Origin: Lingula anatina
Taxonomy: Eukaryota > Animalia > Brachiopoda
Assembly (NCBI GenBank): GCA_051362555.1
Contig: CM120640.1
Span: 54,476,788 to 54,540,787 of the forward strand
Reading direction: 5' to 3'
DNA: 64,000 nt
The notes beneath the pieces are model-generated. The model had not been told where the DNA came from, made no database searches, and was given only the letters and a program-made list of their open reading frames with translations. Positions 49,601 to 62,600 of this stretch are shown in pieces (the first letter of the stretch is position 1; every line of letters begins with the position of its first letter). A program made the translations under genes and the position numbers.

Positions 49601-50308
49601 AGGTATTGCTAACACCTGTATTGTTAGTCTTTATTTTCAAACTTACAAAAATTATGCTAAAGAGTGAAGTGCAACTTAAGGTGGAAAACCAGCCTTTTTG
49701 GATTATTTTTCTTGAAGTTATGCATATTTTAATATTGCATTTTTCACATTTTGGCATTTTCACTTTTGAAATCTCATGGGCCTGAAACCTTATGCTATTC
49801 ACATTTAGAAAATAATTATAAATTGGTGGTGATTATGCTGTCAAGCATAATGTAATATTTGCATCAAATTTGATAAAAACAATTTTGTGCACTGTCATAT
49901 TTCTTATTTTTCTCAAACTTATATAGAAATAATTCATAGGACTAAAATACATCTTGAGACAGAATACTAGCTTGATTGAGTTATTTTTTCTAGAAGTAAT
50001 GCATTTTTGGTGAATTATCATTTTTTACACATTGGCTGTTTCAGTGTGGGCCCTAAAACTCCCATGGAATTTACACTGTATGGTAGTTAATTTTTTTTCG
50101 GTAAACATTTTACATTAAAAAAATAATTGAAAATTGGTGGTGATAATGCTATCTTGTATCTATTTTATATATAGGTATTGTGGAAACTGGGCTATTTATC
50201 AACATGGCAAATAAAGCATACTTTGGAATGCAAGATGGAACCATCAAGGTGCGTGAACCAGAGGCTCTTACCAATGGAAATGGATTTATCACGAACAGTG
50301 AAAAGTAA
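43691..50308 (+). CDS. RPIA: Ribose-5-phosphate isomerase A (8 exons, ~279 aa from first ATG)
   Basis: Exons 43691-43840, 46329-46389, 47156-47211, 47792-47851, 48089-48222, 48658-48799, 48984-49086, 50175-50308. Signature motifs [24 protein letters not shown]...[42 protein letters not shown]. Confidence 0.96.
44915..45129. mobile_element. MITE, possibly PIF/Harbinger (Tourist)-type, in RPIA intron 1
   Basis: Imperfect TIRs ggctctattcccatagatt / aatctatggaaatggggtg, TTA on both sides; related copy at 3121-3214. Confidence 0.65.
45560..45801. mobile_element. Foldback MITE in RPIA intron 1
   Basis: attcagacatcataccagctggg / cccagctggtacaatatctgaat and tcttgcaaaaatgcaatc / gattgcactttagcaaga are inverted pairs; inner agcagcttaggggtaatt / aattaccccctagctgct; TTA flanks. 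Confidence 0.68.
49379..49440 (-). other. Possible degenerate tRNA-derived SINE head (Pol III A/B boxes)
   Basis: Minus strand reads TGGCCGCGTAGT...GGATTCGATTCCCACTCAGTCC, resembling A and B boxes; no full cloverleaf. Confidence 0.3.
49690..50148 (+). repeat. Diverged fragment related to the internal repeats of the 51906-55065 element, in RPIA intron 7
   Basis: Shares blocks acattttggcattttca, catgggcctgaa and aaattggtggtgattatgctgt...taatatttgcatcaaatttg with the repeats at ~52860-53030 and ~54225-54390. Confidence 0.6.
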
Positions 50309-50348
50309 TAAAAAAGAGGATTTGCAATTACTATCAAATAATATCTTA

Positions 50349-50614
50349 GACTCAGTTCCCATGCCTAGATTGATCTAACAGGATCGCTCCATCTCCAATT
50401 GGTTTCTCGCTAAATTGCTTTCAGCTTAATTTAGCGACTTACATGTAGATGTCTGGCACGACTACTGAAGCTGCTAAAAGAAAATGAATGCCCCTTAGCA
50501 GCTTCAGTAGGCATGACAGACACCTAAGCCACTCATGTTGATTACAATTTAGCAAGAATCCCCTTGGAGATAGATCGATTTAGAGTTAGCATGATAGGGT
50601 CTGGGAATGGATCC
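50349..50614. mobile_element. Foldback MITE in the RPIA 3'UTR
   Basis: Inverted pairs gatcgctccatctccaa / ttggagatagatc, tctcgctaaattg / caatttagcaaga and ctactgaagctgctaa / ttagcagcttcagtag; TTA/TAA flanks; begins 40 bp after the RPIA stop. Confidence 0.68.
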
Positions 50615-51905
50615 TAAAATGTACAGAAGACATTGATCATTCATGAAAGGAGTAGAAGTATTGTTGTACTACATAAATGAAGATATCCCGTGTTCTATTT
50701 TTCTAATGAATGTGTGTATCTTCAATCTCATTCTTCTTGAATATATGAATAATGTTATGTTTGACATCATGCATGAGGTATTGTATTTTGCAATATTGAT
50801 GTTAATAACCTATTTCAAACCAGCAGACTTAATCAACAAAAGTAAATGAGTATGTGAAAATTGTGTGTGTGTAGAAGTAGTAGAGAAGAGGAGTTAACTG
50901 AAGAATTAACTTACCGAAATACAAATTGTTTGCACAATGGTAGTCTTTAATTTTGCATGTAATACCATTTGTGCTATGAAAAGAAGCTAAAATCATGTTT
51001 TAAAAACTTAATCATCAAACATACATAGCAAAAGCTTGCCTGAATTTTAGGTTTAGGTCTTTTTATTGTAGAATCTGATGTCATAAATGGACCTTGAAGA
51101 TGAAATGCTCCCAGATACTGGAAGTTAGATCAAGCTTTCATACATGACACAATTGCTTTAAATTCATTTTCTTTAACTAATTTTTGAATGGACATTTTTT
51201 TATTCAATGATATTTTAAATATATGTCTTCCTGTTTTTATTAAGAGGTCTTTCCTGTTGCTACAAAAGGCTAAAAATTATTTCTTCTTTAAAAATAAATC
51301 TAAGTTCAAATTGATCAAATAGACGTCTTTTACATGTTGTCTGTTACAAAATAAAAGAAATGTTTTTCTAAAGACTGTTTGTATTATTATAATGCCAGTT
51401 TTTAGCTGTGCAGAACACTTGTTCAATTTGTATTTGCATGGCAGTCCATCTTATTTTATATTTTATAAAAAATTGTTTTTGTATGTTTTGGAAGGCATAT
51501 TTTTTTTTCCACCATGAACTGTGATCACTATACCCCTTCCCCCATGGGACCCTAGCTCTTGATTATTAACTGCAAGTGAGTAATTACATGTACATATATG
51601 ATCTCTTTTTGTGACTGAGGCATGTATATAGATAGATATAGTCAAAGAATCCAAGGGAAATGTGACTGTATGGAGATATGTTTTGTAGGCAAGCACCAGT
51701 ATTATTTTGTGATATACATGGTGCCATTTGTGTAAATATACCCTTTATATACATGGACATGCACGTGCTGTCAAGTATGGGAGCAGACATTTAAAAACAT
51801 ATACACTAGTAGCAATGCATGAAACTGTACGTGTTATAACGATAAAATCAAATAAAAGGGAACAAAAAGCTGTTATTATTTATCCTCAAACGTTTATCTT
51901 TTTTT

Positions 51906-54900
51906 ATGTACAGACACAGAAGTGTCTGTACATATTGCCATCACCTGCGTCTGTCGTCGCCGATGCCGTCGCCGATGCCGATGCCGATGCCGGCGCCGTG
52001 CACTTTCCTTGTTAACACGATAAGTGGAGGGCAGTTTTACTTTTTGGCTTTATATTTACAGAGCTGATGAATATTCATAAAACACAGGTCAAGTTCGAAA
52101 ATCAGCATGATCGGGCCATTATTGTAGAAGTTATGCTGTTTTTTCACTTTTCAGCATATATGCAACCCTGTTAACACATTTTAAGGAAAACCGATAGGCC
52201 TGTTGTCATTAAACTCACAGGAGTAATCAATCTTCCTAAAACGCAGGTCAAGTTCGGAAATCCGCATGATCGGGCCACTATTTTAGTAGTTATGCTGTCT
52301 TTTCACTTTTTAGCATATATGCAACATTGTTAACACATTTCAAGGAAAACTGATAGGCCTGTTGTCATGAAACTCACATTAGTAATCAATCTTACTAAAA
52401 CGCAGGTCAAGTTCAAAAATCAGCTTAATGGGGCCATTATTTTATAAGTTATGCTGTTTTTTCACATTTCCTCAGATTCAATTCTTAGGCATGTTAACAG
52501 TCTCATTATTTAACTAATAAGATATGTAAATGTGTTTGTTTGACATTTCCTGCAACTTTACAACATTGTTAGTTGAATATGTAAAAATGATGGTAAACTT
52601 GTTATCATGTATTGTATAATAGTTTCAAAAATGGAAAAAAACTCATATCATTGCAGTTTTTCAGATTAATTCATTCACTATGTTCAGAAACTCGGAATGG
52701 AGGAAATTGGACATTAAACACTGTTCTATTGATATTTTTCCCATGTCATCAATTTTCTTAGTTGATCATATAAAAATGGCAGTAAACTGTTAATTTTGTT
52801 ATATGTTAAACAATTGTTAAAAATGGAAAAAAACACATTTCAGGACAGTGCTGTCTTGTTTACATTTTGGCATTTTCAAGGTGTGACTTTGAAGTTCCAT
52901 GGGCCTGAAGACCTTTGCTTGTCACATTTTCTGAATATCCATGATACTAATATTTTATTATTAAAAATTGATGGTCATTATGCTGTTAAACATTATGTAA
53001 TATTGCATCAAAATTTGAAGAAACCCCTATTTTGGACACTGCTCCCATGATGACCATTTAAGGAAAACCATGTCACTTACTGTTCTCAAACTTACAGGAA
53101 AGAAACATGGGACTAAGATACAGTTTAATTAGGCAATGCAGTCTGTTTGGTAATTCTTTCTGGCAGTTAATCGGTTTTTTGTGAAAATTTAATTTTTCAC
53201 ATATTGGCATTTTCAAGGTGTGACTTAGAACCTCCACGGGCTTGAAGACCCATGCTAGTCACATTTTCTGAAAATCCACGATACATATATTTTATTATGT
53301 ACATATTGCCATCACCTGCATCTGTCGTCGCCGTCCATGTTGCCGTCGCCGTGCACTTTTATCGTTAACACCATAAGTGGAAGACAGTTTTACTTTTTGG
53401 CTTTATATTTACAGAGCTGATGAATATTCATAAAACGCAGGTCAAGTTCGAAAAATCAACATGATCGAGGCATTATTGTAGAAGTTATGCTGTTTTTTTT
53501 TTTCACTTTTCAGCATATATGCAACACTGTTAACACAATATAAGAAAAACATATAGGCCAGTTGTCATGAAACTCACAGGAGTGGTTAATCTTACTAAAA
53601 TGCAGGTCAAGTTCGAAAATCGGCATGATCGGGCCACTATTTTAGTAGTTATGCTGTTTTTTTTCACTTTTCAGCATATATACAACACTGTTAACACAAT
53701 ATAAGAAAAACAGATAGGCCAATTGTCATGAAACTCACAGGAGTGGTTAATCTTACTAAAACTCAGGTTGAGTTTGAAAATCAGCATAATCGGGCCATTA
53801 TTTTAGAAGTTATGCTGTTTTTTCACATTTCCTCACATTCAATTCTTAGGCATGTTAACAGTTTCATTATTTAATTAATAAGATATGTAAAAGTGTTTGT
53901 TTGACATTTCCTGCATCTTTACAACATTGTTGGTTGATTTTGTAAAAATGATGGTAAACTTGTTATCGTGTATTGTGTAATAAAGTTTCAAAAATGGAAA
54001 TAAACTCATATCATTGCAGTTTGTCAGATTCAATCATTCACTATGTTCAGAATCTCAGAATGGAAGAAATTGGACATTTAACACTGCTCTATTGATTTTT
54101 TTCCCATCTCATCAATTTTTTTAGTTGATCATATATAAATGGCAGTAAACTGTTAATTTTGTTTTATGTTAAAAATTGTTAAAAATGTGGAAAAAAACAT
54201 TTCAGAACAGTGCTGTCTTGTTTACATTTTGGCATTTTCAAGTTGTGACTTTGAAGTTCCATGGGCCAGAAGACCTTTGCTAGTCACATTTTCTGAATAT
54301 CCATGATACTAATATTTTATTATTAGAAATTGATGGTCATTATGCTGTTAAACATTATGTAATATTGCATCAAAATTTGAAAAAAAAACTATTTTTGGGC
54401 ACTGCTACTATGATGACCTTTTAAGAAAAACCATGTCACTTACTGTTCTCAAACTTACAGGAAAGAAACATGGGACTAAAATATAGCTTCAGTAGGCAAT
54501 GCAATCTGCCAGTTAAACATTTTTTTGTGAAAATTTAATTTTTCACATATTGGCATTTTCAATGTGTGACTTTGAAGTTCCACAGGCTTGAAGACCCATG
54601 ATAGTCACATTTTCTGAAAATCCATGATAGGTATATTTTCTTATTAAAAATTGATTGTCATTATGCTGTAAACCATTATGTAATATTGCATCAGAATAGA
54701 AGAAAACACAATTTTGGGTGCTGCTGCCATGATGACCATTATGAGAAAACCATGTTACTTATGATTGCAAAACTTTCAAAAAAGAAATACAGGACTAAAA
54801 TGCAGCCTGATGTTGGAAAAGCAGTCTAATTGCTTTCTTTTTCTGGAAGTTTTACATTTTCAAAGTGTGAACTTGAACTTCCATGGGCCTGAAGCCTTTT

Positions 54901-55065
54901 GCTTGGTACACATTTTACTTACATTGGTATTACCTGTTGAGCATAATTAAAATTTGATGTTGAATTTGCAGTTTAACATAATGTACTTTTGTATCAGAAT
55001 TGACAGTAGCCTATTTTGTTATTTCCTGCTTTTTGTCTGTACATTTGACAGCTTTGCTGCCTTGT
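51906..55065 (+). mobile_element. Second, unrelated HINE-like element (head-to-tail dimer) between RPIA and PAIP2
   Basis: 5' hairpin ATGTACAGACAC-agaa-GTGTCTGTACAT (51906-51933); (GCCGAT)n microsatellite; ~160-170-bp and ~320-340-bp internal repeats; 3' subTIR TGTCTGTACAT (55034-55044); small hairpin CAGC-TTT-GCTG; ends CTTGT in a T run; whole 5' block repeated from 53297. Confidence 0.8.
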
Positions 55066-55124
55066 TTTAATATATACGCGTTACTGGGAATAAAAAAGGT
55101 TCCTATTTAGGCAGATGGTAAGTT

Positions 55125-55265
55125 CCCAGATAGCAAGAAGACGTTGGGCCAACGTTGGCACGGTTGGCATTTGGTTGGCATTGGCTTGCAAACGTTTGGC
55201 CAATATTGGCAGTACAACCAACCATACGTTGGGCCGACGTTGGCCCAATGCCGCCCTGCTATCTG
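55125..55265. mobile_element. Short MITE with palindromic subterminal repeats (CACTA/CMC-like, tentative)
   Basis: TIR CAGATAGCA (55127-55135) / TGCTATCTG (55257-55265); internal ACGTTGGGCC(A/G)ACGTTGGC repeats in both orientations. Confidence 0.6.
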
Positions 55266-56293
55266 AATTCACCTAGCCTAGGACCAGCTCGACGGATCTG
55301 TTTTTAATCTCGTTCCTTCCAATGCAACAACAAACCGCGGGTGTGCTATAGTAGCTGTGAATGCTATAGAGGAGATATTCATCAAAACAAACCACCTTAT
55401 TCATATGTGAGACGCTCAACCAAATTTAATATTCATACGCTTTTTTTTATTTAGATGAAGACTGCCATCATGTATGTGGATTTAAGTGTAGTGTGATTCA
55501 AATTTTAGAGTGGATACCTGGAACAGTTAGTAAAATGCAATATTCTATGCCTTAAAATTTTATTTAGGATAGAAAAAACAGGGAATATTTTATCGCGGAT
55601 GAAAGTAGAATTCATACGGGCACTTGCTAAATAACAAAGAGCTGTGGACATTTTCGCAGAGAAATATTGGCAGAGTTAGCAGGTAAATATCGCGTCTGAG
55701 TATTTTTAAAATGTCAGATTGGTTTCAATGTTAAAGAAATGAAAGTTGACATTATAAAGAATGTGCTTACGGAATAATTATATTTTTAAATTTGATGAAA
55801 TAGCAAATGCCAAAGAAAATGCAAAGGTTGAAAATGAAATATTGTTTACGTGACCCTGTTTAGCGTATACGTATATATCTTCTTTGCTAAAATTGCTTAA
55901 TGCCGATAACATAAATTGGCCTAAGTAATCCACCTAAGATCTTGAGGGTTACTTATAATTCATTAAAAAGCATTTTCAACCTTTAACTGACAAAGTTTGA
56001 TGGTAAAGTTAATGCGTGCAAAATCGCAAAATTTTTATTTACTGCCCAATGACAGAAGGGCAGAAAGATACGGAAAGATACAACACATATTTTCCACTGC
56101 AAAGATTTCAAAGAAAAACTTATTAATTTTGAAAAAAGAAATAACTACTTATCATACTTATTAATGCAGTAAATCTTTTTAATTTTAAAGAAGGAACTAA
56201 CCAAATAAGTATTATTTATATTATTTATCAAATGGATCTTTTCCCAAGAAATAGGTGGGGATTTTTTACTCTATCTATTACAGATACCAAGTG

Positions 56294-56870
56294 ATGAAAT
56301 TACCTGTTGATGCAATTGGACCAAAAACAAACATGAGTACAACAACAGCAACACAAAGCAGATCTGAAGTGGACTTCTCAGAATATGTATGGATGGGTGA
56401 AGAGCTTGAAGAGTTTGATAGAAAGGTATGTTATTATGCAATTTTAAGTTATTTGATTGTGGTCAATATTCCATTGGATGCTAGATAGGTTTCTCAAGAG
56501 GATATATGCTAACAAACATATAAAGGTGGAACATCAAATATTTGTAGGTATTCATCATTGTTTTGTAAATATCTTGACCTCTTGTTTAAAAGGAGCTTTA
56601 TTATATTTATGCATTTAAAAGAGTTAAAAAGATTTTAATCAATTTATGTTTTATGTACATATCTTTTATTCAGTGTGAAGAAGAATTTTGGGAAGAGCAA
56701 TTCATAGAGTGTTGTTTCGAAGAGATGATTGCAGAAGAAGAAAATCGTCTCCTGGAGAAAAACAATGAACAAGCTCAGGAAGAGCAACAATTAGCAGAGA
56801 ATGTACAGGCTCTGAATTTGGATAAGCCAGAGCTACCAGTCATTGTGAGTATTTCTTTTGTTTTTATGAC

Positions 56871-56919
<49 letters not shown>

Positions 56920-57157
56920 TATATAGTGGAAACATACTTTTTTCTATAAAAGTATAATTTTTTAGTTTTTAAAACATTCTGATCTGTTTACTGGCATTTT
57001 TGTGGCAGTTGATGATATTTTTGATAATAATTCAAAAATCAAGACAGATGAAAATTTTGTTTTTGAGACATGTTTTTATATTTTTCAGACTTTCCAGAGC
57101 CTGTTGAATCCAAATGCTCCAGTGTTTATCCCCAGAAGTATGTCCACAGATAGATAG
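56294..57157 (+). CDS. PAIP2: Poly(A)-binding protein-interacting protein 2 (3 coding exons, ~123 aa)
   Basis: Exons 56294-56425, 56674-56844, 57089-57157. Acidic PAM1 region [35 protein letters not shown] and C-terminal PAM2 motif SLLNPNAPVFIP. Probable 5'UTR exon with donor at 55683. Confidence 0.93.
56873..56917. repeat. (TG)n microsatellite in a PAIP2 intron
   Basis: About 22 TG units. Confidence 0.95.
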
Positions 57158-59638
57158 GGGCTGGAACATAGAGAAGCCAGATGTGATAGTGTACATGGCA
57201 CCAAACTTGCACTGAAAAAAAAAAAGACTTAAAAGAGATGTCAAAATGCCATAAAAATAACAAAAATCCCAAAACTGTTTCTGAAAAAAAGTATTTTGAT
57301 ATTTGTGGGAAGCTCAAGGCTGAGAGCAAGAAAGAGGATTTGAGCATTCTTCTTGTGTTTTATGATTCAACCACTCTCCTTTGAATAGGATCAAGGATCG
57401 GTCCTCATGACAGTAGAAACCAAAAGATTTGTAAAGATATCTTCGTGATTTCACGATTTTTCATCTCTGTGCAGTCTGAAACATGGTTACTGCCAGTCAG
57501 GGAGTACCAATTTTAGTTTTGAATCATATCAGCTTTGGAGTGGATTATACTTTGAAAGGCCAATGCAACCAAAGCCAGTGTATATTTTTTAAGAGCCAAT
57601 TTTATGTGCTCCTGTTGTGACAAAGTAGGGTGGTTTTGATAATGCTCCTTTTGTGTTATGTGTACAAAATATAGTCTAATTCAAAAAAGAAACGGGGAAA
57701 AGGAGAGTAGATCTGGGGTATTTGATGACAGAATTTGCATCTTTGGTTCATGCTTGAATAGAATATTTATATATAATGGACATTTAAGACAATGGCATCA
57801 TATTGGTCCATGAAAAAGATCTTGTTAATATGATGTACTTTTTTGTTCCCATGGCGTGGCCAACCAACTGAAATGAAAAGTAGTAGATGTAATGAATAGC
57901 AAGTCTGTTGTTGTACAGCCATACGGAACTCGCATCAGCATCAGTTAATTGTGAAATTTTAATTCCTTTGTACCTCTTATTCCAATTTGGTTATGCAGAA
58001 CCCAGCACATCCAGCTGGTCAAAGTTCTTTAAGCAAAAATTTGAGTTTGATTTTTATCAATTTTAATGTCAAATGACACAGTTCTGTGGCTGTACAACAG
58101 CATTGATGAAACTAGCACAAGTGTATTCTAGACAGTAAAAGTACATCAAGCAGCACTTCAGTGTACTGATTACAAAGGTTGACATAGTTTCCTCGTACTT
58201 GAAATGGAAGGTTAATTATAAAATGTTACCTCACTATGAAGCGAGTCCAAAATTGGGACCATTACTTTGCTTTATTGAAAAGAATACATTTGAACGTATA
58301 TTGTACTTGTCATGATACCCGAAGTGACAACTCAGTGTGTCTTAGTCACTTGTCATGAAGTGGAGCTTAAAGAGCTTGGCTTTAAAGACTGGTTCTATTT
58401 AAGAACACTTTTACAGTGAGCAAGTGTTGAAGTATTTTTCTATATTTTTAAAATGTGTCTAGCGGTTTTTGCTCTGACACAAAAAAAATGATATTCATTG
58501 TTTTGTATGTTGATTACTGTATATCGAATATTATTCCAAACTATGGTGATAAGTTACTGCCTTTTTTTTTCTGAGTTTTAAAGATATCGTTATCCTTTAT
58601 ATTACCTAGTAAGAAATGTAAAGAAATATTAAATTGGCAAGGTATCAAATGAGAAGCAAGCGTTTGATGATTGTGAATTTGATATGTCATGTTAATGAGA
58701 GTAGCAAGTAAAATTGAAAAATGTAAGTTTGGTGCAAATACTTGTAGAATTTTGAGTTTGAAAGGGAGCTTCAAATGTCAATTTTTTAATTTGACCTTAT
58801 TAAATATGGTCATTCTGCCCTTCAATAAAATTGTTTTAAAATGTCATTTATCTTTTACTATCTGACGTTGCTGTTCTGCATCTCTGCTGCAACATGGCTG
58901 TTGGTTAAAAGCATGACCAGTGTAAGATTACTTCTGTTCCTGCCATCACCTGAGATATTCCAAACTATTTTGATTTTTCATAAAATGAAGTCAAATTTTG
59001 GAGGTGGAGGTTAGCAACAACAAATAAAAGCTGACAAAATTTATCCAGGCATACATTTCTGGTCATTTTCTGGAAAGTTCCGTAAAAGTACAGTCATAAC
59101 AGTACATATTCACCTTGCTTTTAGCGTCACTTTTGTACAAATGCTTTCTAAGAAATTGTTGCAGTTCTGAGATTCACTTCAATTGCAAAAAAGCTCAACC
59201 TGGGAGGGATCCTTGCAAGTTTTTAAGTTGAACACATCATGCAGTACAGAAGGCTGCTCTTTAAGCTTATCTGGATTATTCCCGATCTGAATGCTAATTA
59301 TTTGAGCTATAATCCTGTATGGAATGATGAAACATAGCAATTATGAAAGTTAAGAATGAAGCTTTATTCCAGAAGATCACAGATACCGTACATATAATAT
59401 GATACATTTCAATTTAGATGTAAAAACAAAGGTAAGCATAAGATGCTGGATGGTTAAAAAATAAAGAAGCTACCCTGGTTAAATGCCTTGAATTGATTTT
59501 TCATCACTGGCAGCATATATTATCCAGAAGTGTTGATAGGAATGCCATTCTTTACAGTCTCATCTAGTATTTTCTTTACAGTTCAATTCATAATCTAGTT
59601 TTAAAATCATCTTGAAAGATCATTTATTTGATATATCT

Positions 59639-62600
59639 CTATCCATAAGTTTTGGCTGTCTGCTTGAGACTAAATCCACCTCCAGTAAATCTCGGTGCAT
59701 CTGTCCTCTGTGGTTGGATCACTGGCTGCCCAGCTTGAGCTATGGCTCTTTCACGTTCCCTATAAAAAGGAAAATCAAATTAGAATATTGGCCATCATAA
59801 CCAAAAGAAAAATTACACAAATATCCAAAATCTGTGATGCACAGCTGTTCTTTGTTTTAATTAATTGTTTATTTATTTATTTGTTATTTTTCATTCTATA
59901 AAATATAACAAAGCTATTTGTAATTTATTGATCTAACTTGGGGGATATCTATGATCAAAAGTAATTCTCCCCTTTTACTTACTTTGCTTGCTGCTCTTTT
60001 CTTTTCTGCATATAATATTTCTTCTTGACTTCCTGCAGTTCTCTGGCTAAGCGCTCTATTTCATATTTGTATTCATTCACTTGTGACTCATACATGTTCA
60101 GCTCAGATGACATACCCTGAAAACAAAGGTATGGCATTGTAGCTGTATGTGCCAATTTAAAACAACAGAATCCTACATGCCCTTTCTCTTGAAAGCCAGT
60201 AACATCATACACATCTCATTTAAAGAAACTAAATAATATTCAGAATATCATCCATATAGCATTGAGACAAATAACTCTGTTCCTGAGAAATATGTGATAG
60301 ATAAACATCTAAATGAGCATTTTCAAGTCTCCAACAAATATTATTAAACACACCTTCATCTGTTTGGTCTTTTCCTTCAGAGTTTGCTGGTATATTTGTA
60401 ACTGTTCTGCTACTTCTGGGCCTGGCTGTCTAGCAAGAATGTGCTTCAGTTCCACATACAACTTCTCTTTCTCTTGGATTAGCAGCTCTTTCTCCACTAC
60501 CTCTTCTGTCTTGGCAATCAAGCGCTTTTGGAGAGTCTGGATTTTCTGGATCATTTCGTAAGTGCTGGGATCACTGCCCTAAAATTTCAAAGTTAAATTG
60601 TTTAAGCTTGCAAATAAAATCATAAATAACAAGAGTTTAAATGATATGTATAAAGAAGGCACAAAGATGAAAGTATGGGTTAAATAGAAATGTTAAACAG
60701 TTTTAGTAAAGAATGGTTAGAACTTATGCTATAAGTAATAGTTAGGATATAAATGTTAAACATCTATTCAAACAGTTTAAGCTAACTACAGAATTCAATA
60801 ATGTGAGTGTCCTTGATAGTTGTAACATCTGTTTGCCAGCTTTGAAGGAGAAACTCACCTCTAGTTTCCTCCATCTGTGAATATTCATAGGGTTCTCCAG
60901 TTCCTCCTCCAGGGCCTTGCAACGAGTACGCTCACGAAGAAGTTCACGTTGGATGTGGTATACTTCACGTCTGTAGATCAAAGAAAAACAGTGATTAAAT
61001 ATGTACAAAACATATGGTCAGAATGATAGCAGTTATTTACTAGAATGATTGATTTGATTAATAACGATTAATTAAATATTTTTTTCATCCAATTTGCCAT
61101 GATCAAACATTCCTTACAAGAGAGAAATGTACTTTTTAACAGCAAATCCTTGAAACCTTTACATGACCAAAAATTCAACAATAACCTGCAAACAATTAAC
61201 TGCCTCATATAGAATTTTACATACCTCAGATCATCAACATTGGCAACACTCTTTTGAAGGATGGACTTCTCTCTCCTCAGCTTCTTGATCTCCAACTTAA
61301 GGACTCTGATATCTTCCAAGCGCTGATTATACTGAATCTCTCCCTTGTTCAAAGTTGATTGCTGGATCTTAATTTTCTCATACAGGAGAGCCAACTCGTC
61401 ATTTCTGCGGACCAGCTGTGTGCCAAGAATATCTCGCTCACTTATAACCTAGAAATAGAATAAATATATTATTATTATTATATTTACATAAATAACTTCT
61501 AGATTATAATTTAACTTAAATCATCAGTCAGTTTTTGTCATAAACAACTTTTGTTATACATATAAAAACATTTGATGCCATATCTAAAACAGCATGATGA
61601 TCTTTACAGAGTCTGTTTGTATTCAGCACCTGTTACTGTGGATTCAACATAAACACTATAAATACAGAGTCGCAGCAATCAGTTACCTGGTCCAATTCCT
61701 TCTTCTGTCTGACACGTTCACCATCAGATTCTGCAATAATTTTGAGAAGCTTTCTCTGTTCTTGGTCTTGAGACTCAATCACAGCTTTATTTTCTGCAGC
61801 CTGTTGCTTCATCTTCTGCAGTTCTGCTTTCAGGGCTTCTTTCTCTTTCTCCACTCTCTGGTGGTCCATGTGTTCTTTGATGAGGGCTGCCTCCTTGGCA
61901 GAGATCTCCTCCTTAAGCTGGTCAATCTGGTGGTTCATGATCTTCAACTTGCGCTTCATTTCCGTGATTTCATCCTTTTTTATAAGACAAGAGAAAAGGA
62001 ATCATTTTTCTAAAGGAAGAAGCATGAGATTTGCATGTAAAATGTTTACCTCAGCACACAATGTATACTTGTAAGAAAAAGGCTTTGATCTCAAGACATC
62101 TGTGCCACAAGTTCTGCATTACTTCTACATCTATACTGATGAAACTCAACATAACATTTTTGAAAAGTTCTGACTCTCTGAATTGCCTTAAACTGTTTAA
62201 TACCTGTGACTCTATCAAATTCTTGCTGTACAGATTTCTGTCACTGCGTACTGCTTCATACAAGTTCTGCTGCTGTTTAAGCTTGGTTTCTGCCTCGGCA
62301 ATTTTCTTTTTGTAGTCAAAAATCTGCATCTCCCTCACTTTGACATCTTCCATGTGTTGCAAAACCTGCATGAAATAGAACAAATCCCATTGAGAAACAC
62401 CTATATTTTAATGTTTCTGTTACCTGTAAGTCATTTATCAAAAATACTAAAACCCTTGTTTTGATGGCTTAATTGTAGGCTGTATACGAATCTATACTAT
62501 AAAATTAAAATCTGAAACATTGCTCAATTAGAAAAGAAATTGCTCAAGTTGTTGTACCTTTTGAGTCAGGTCACTCGCTTCGTTGATGTAGCGATCTCTC

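Noticed and set aside
61975-61990. Purine-rich CFAP58 acceptor (TATAAAAAAG)
   Set aside because: Still a canonical AG with an upstream pyrimidine tract and the correct frame; not unusual enough in an AT-rich genome.
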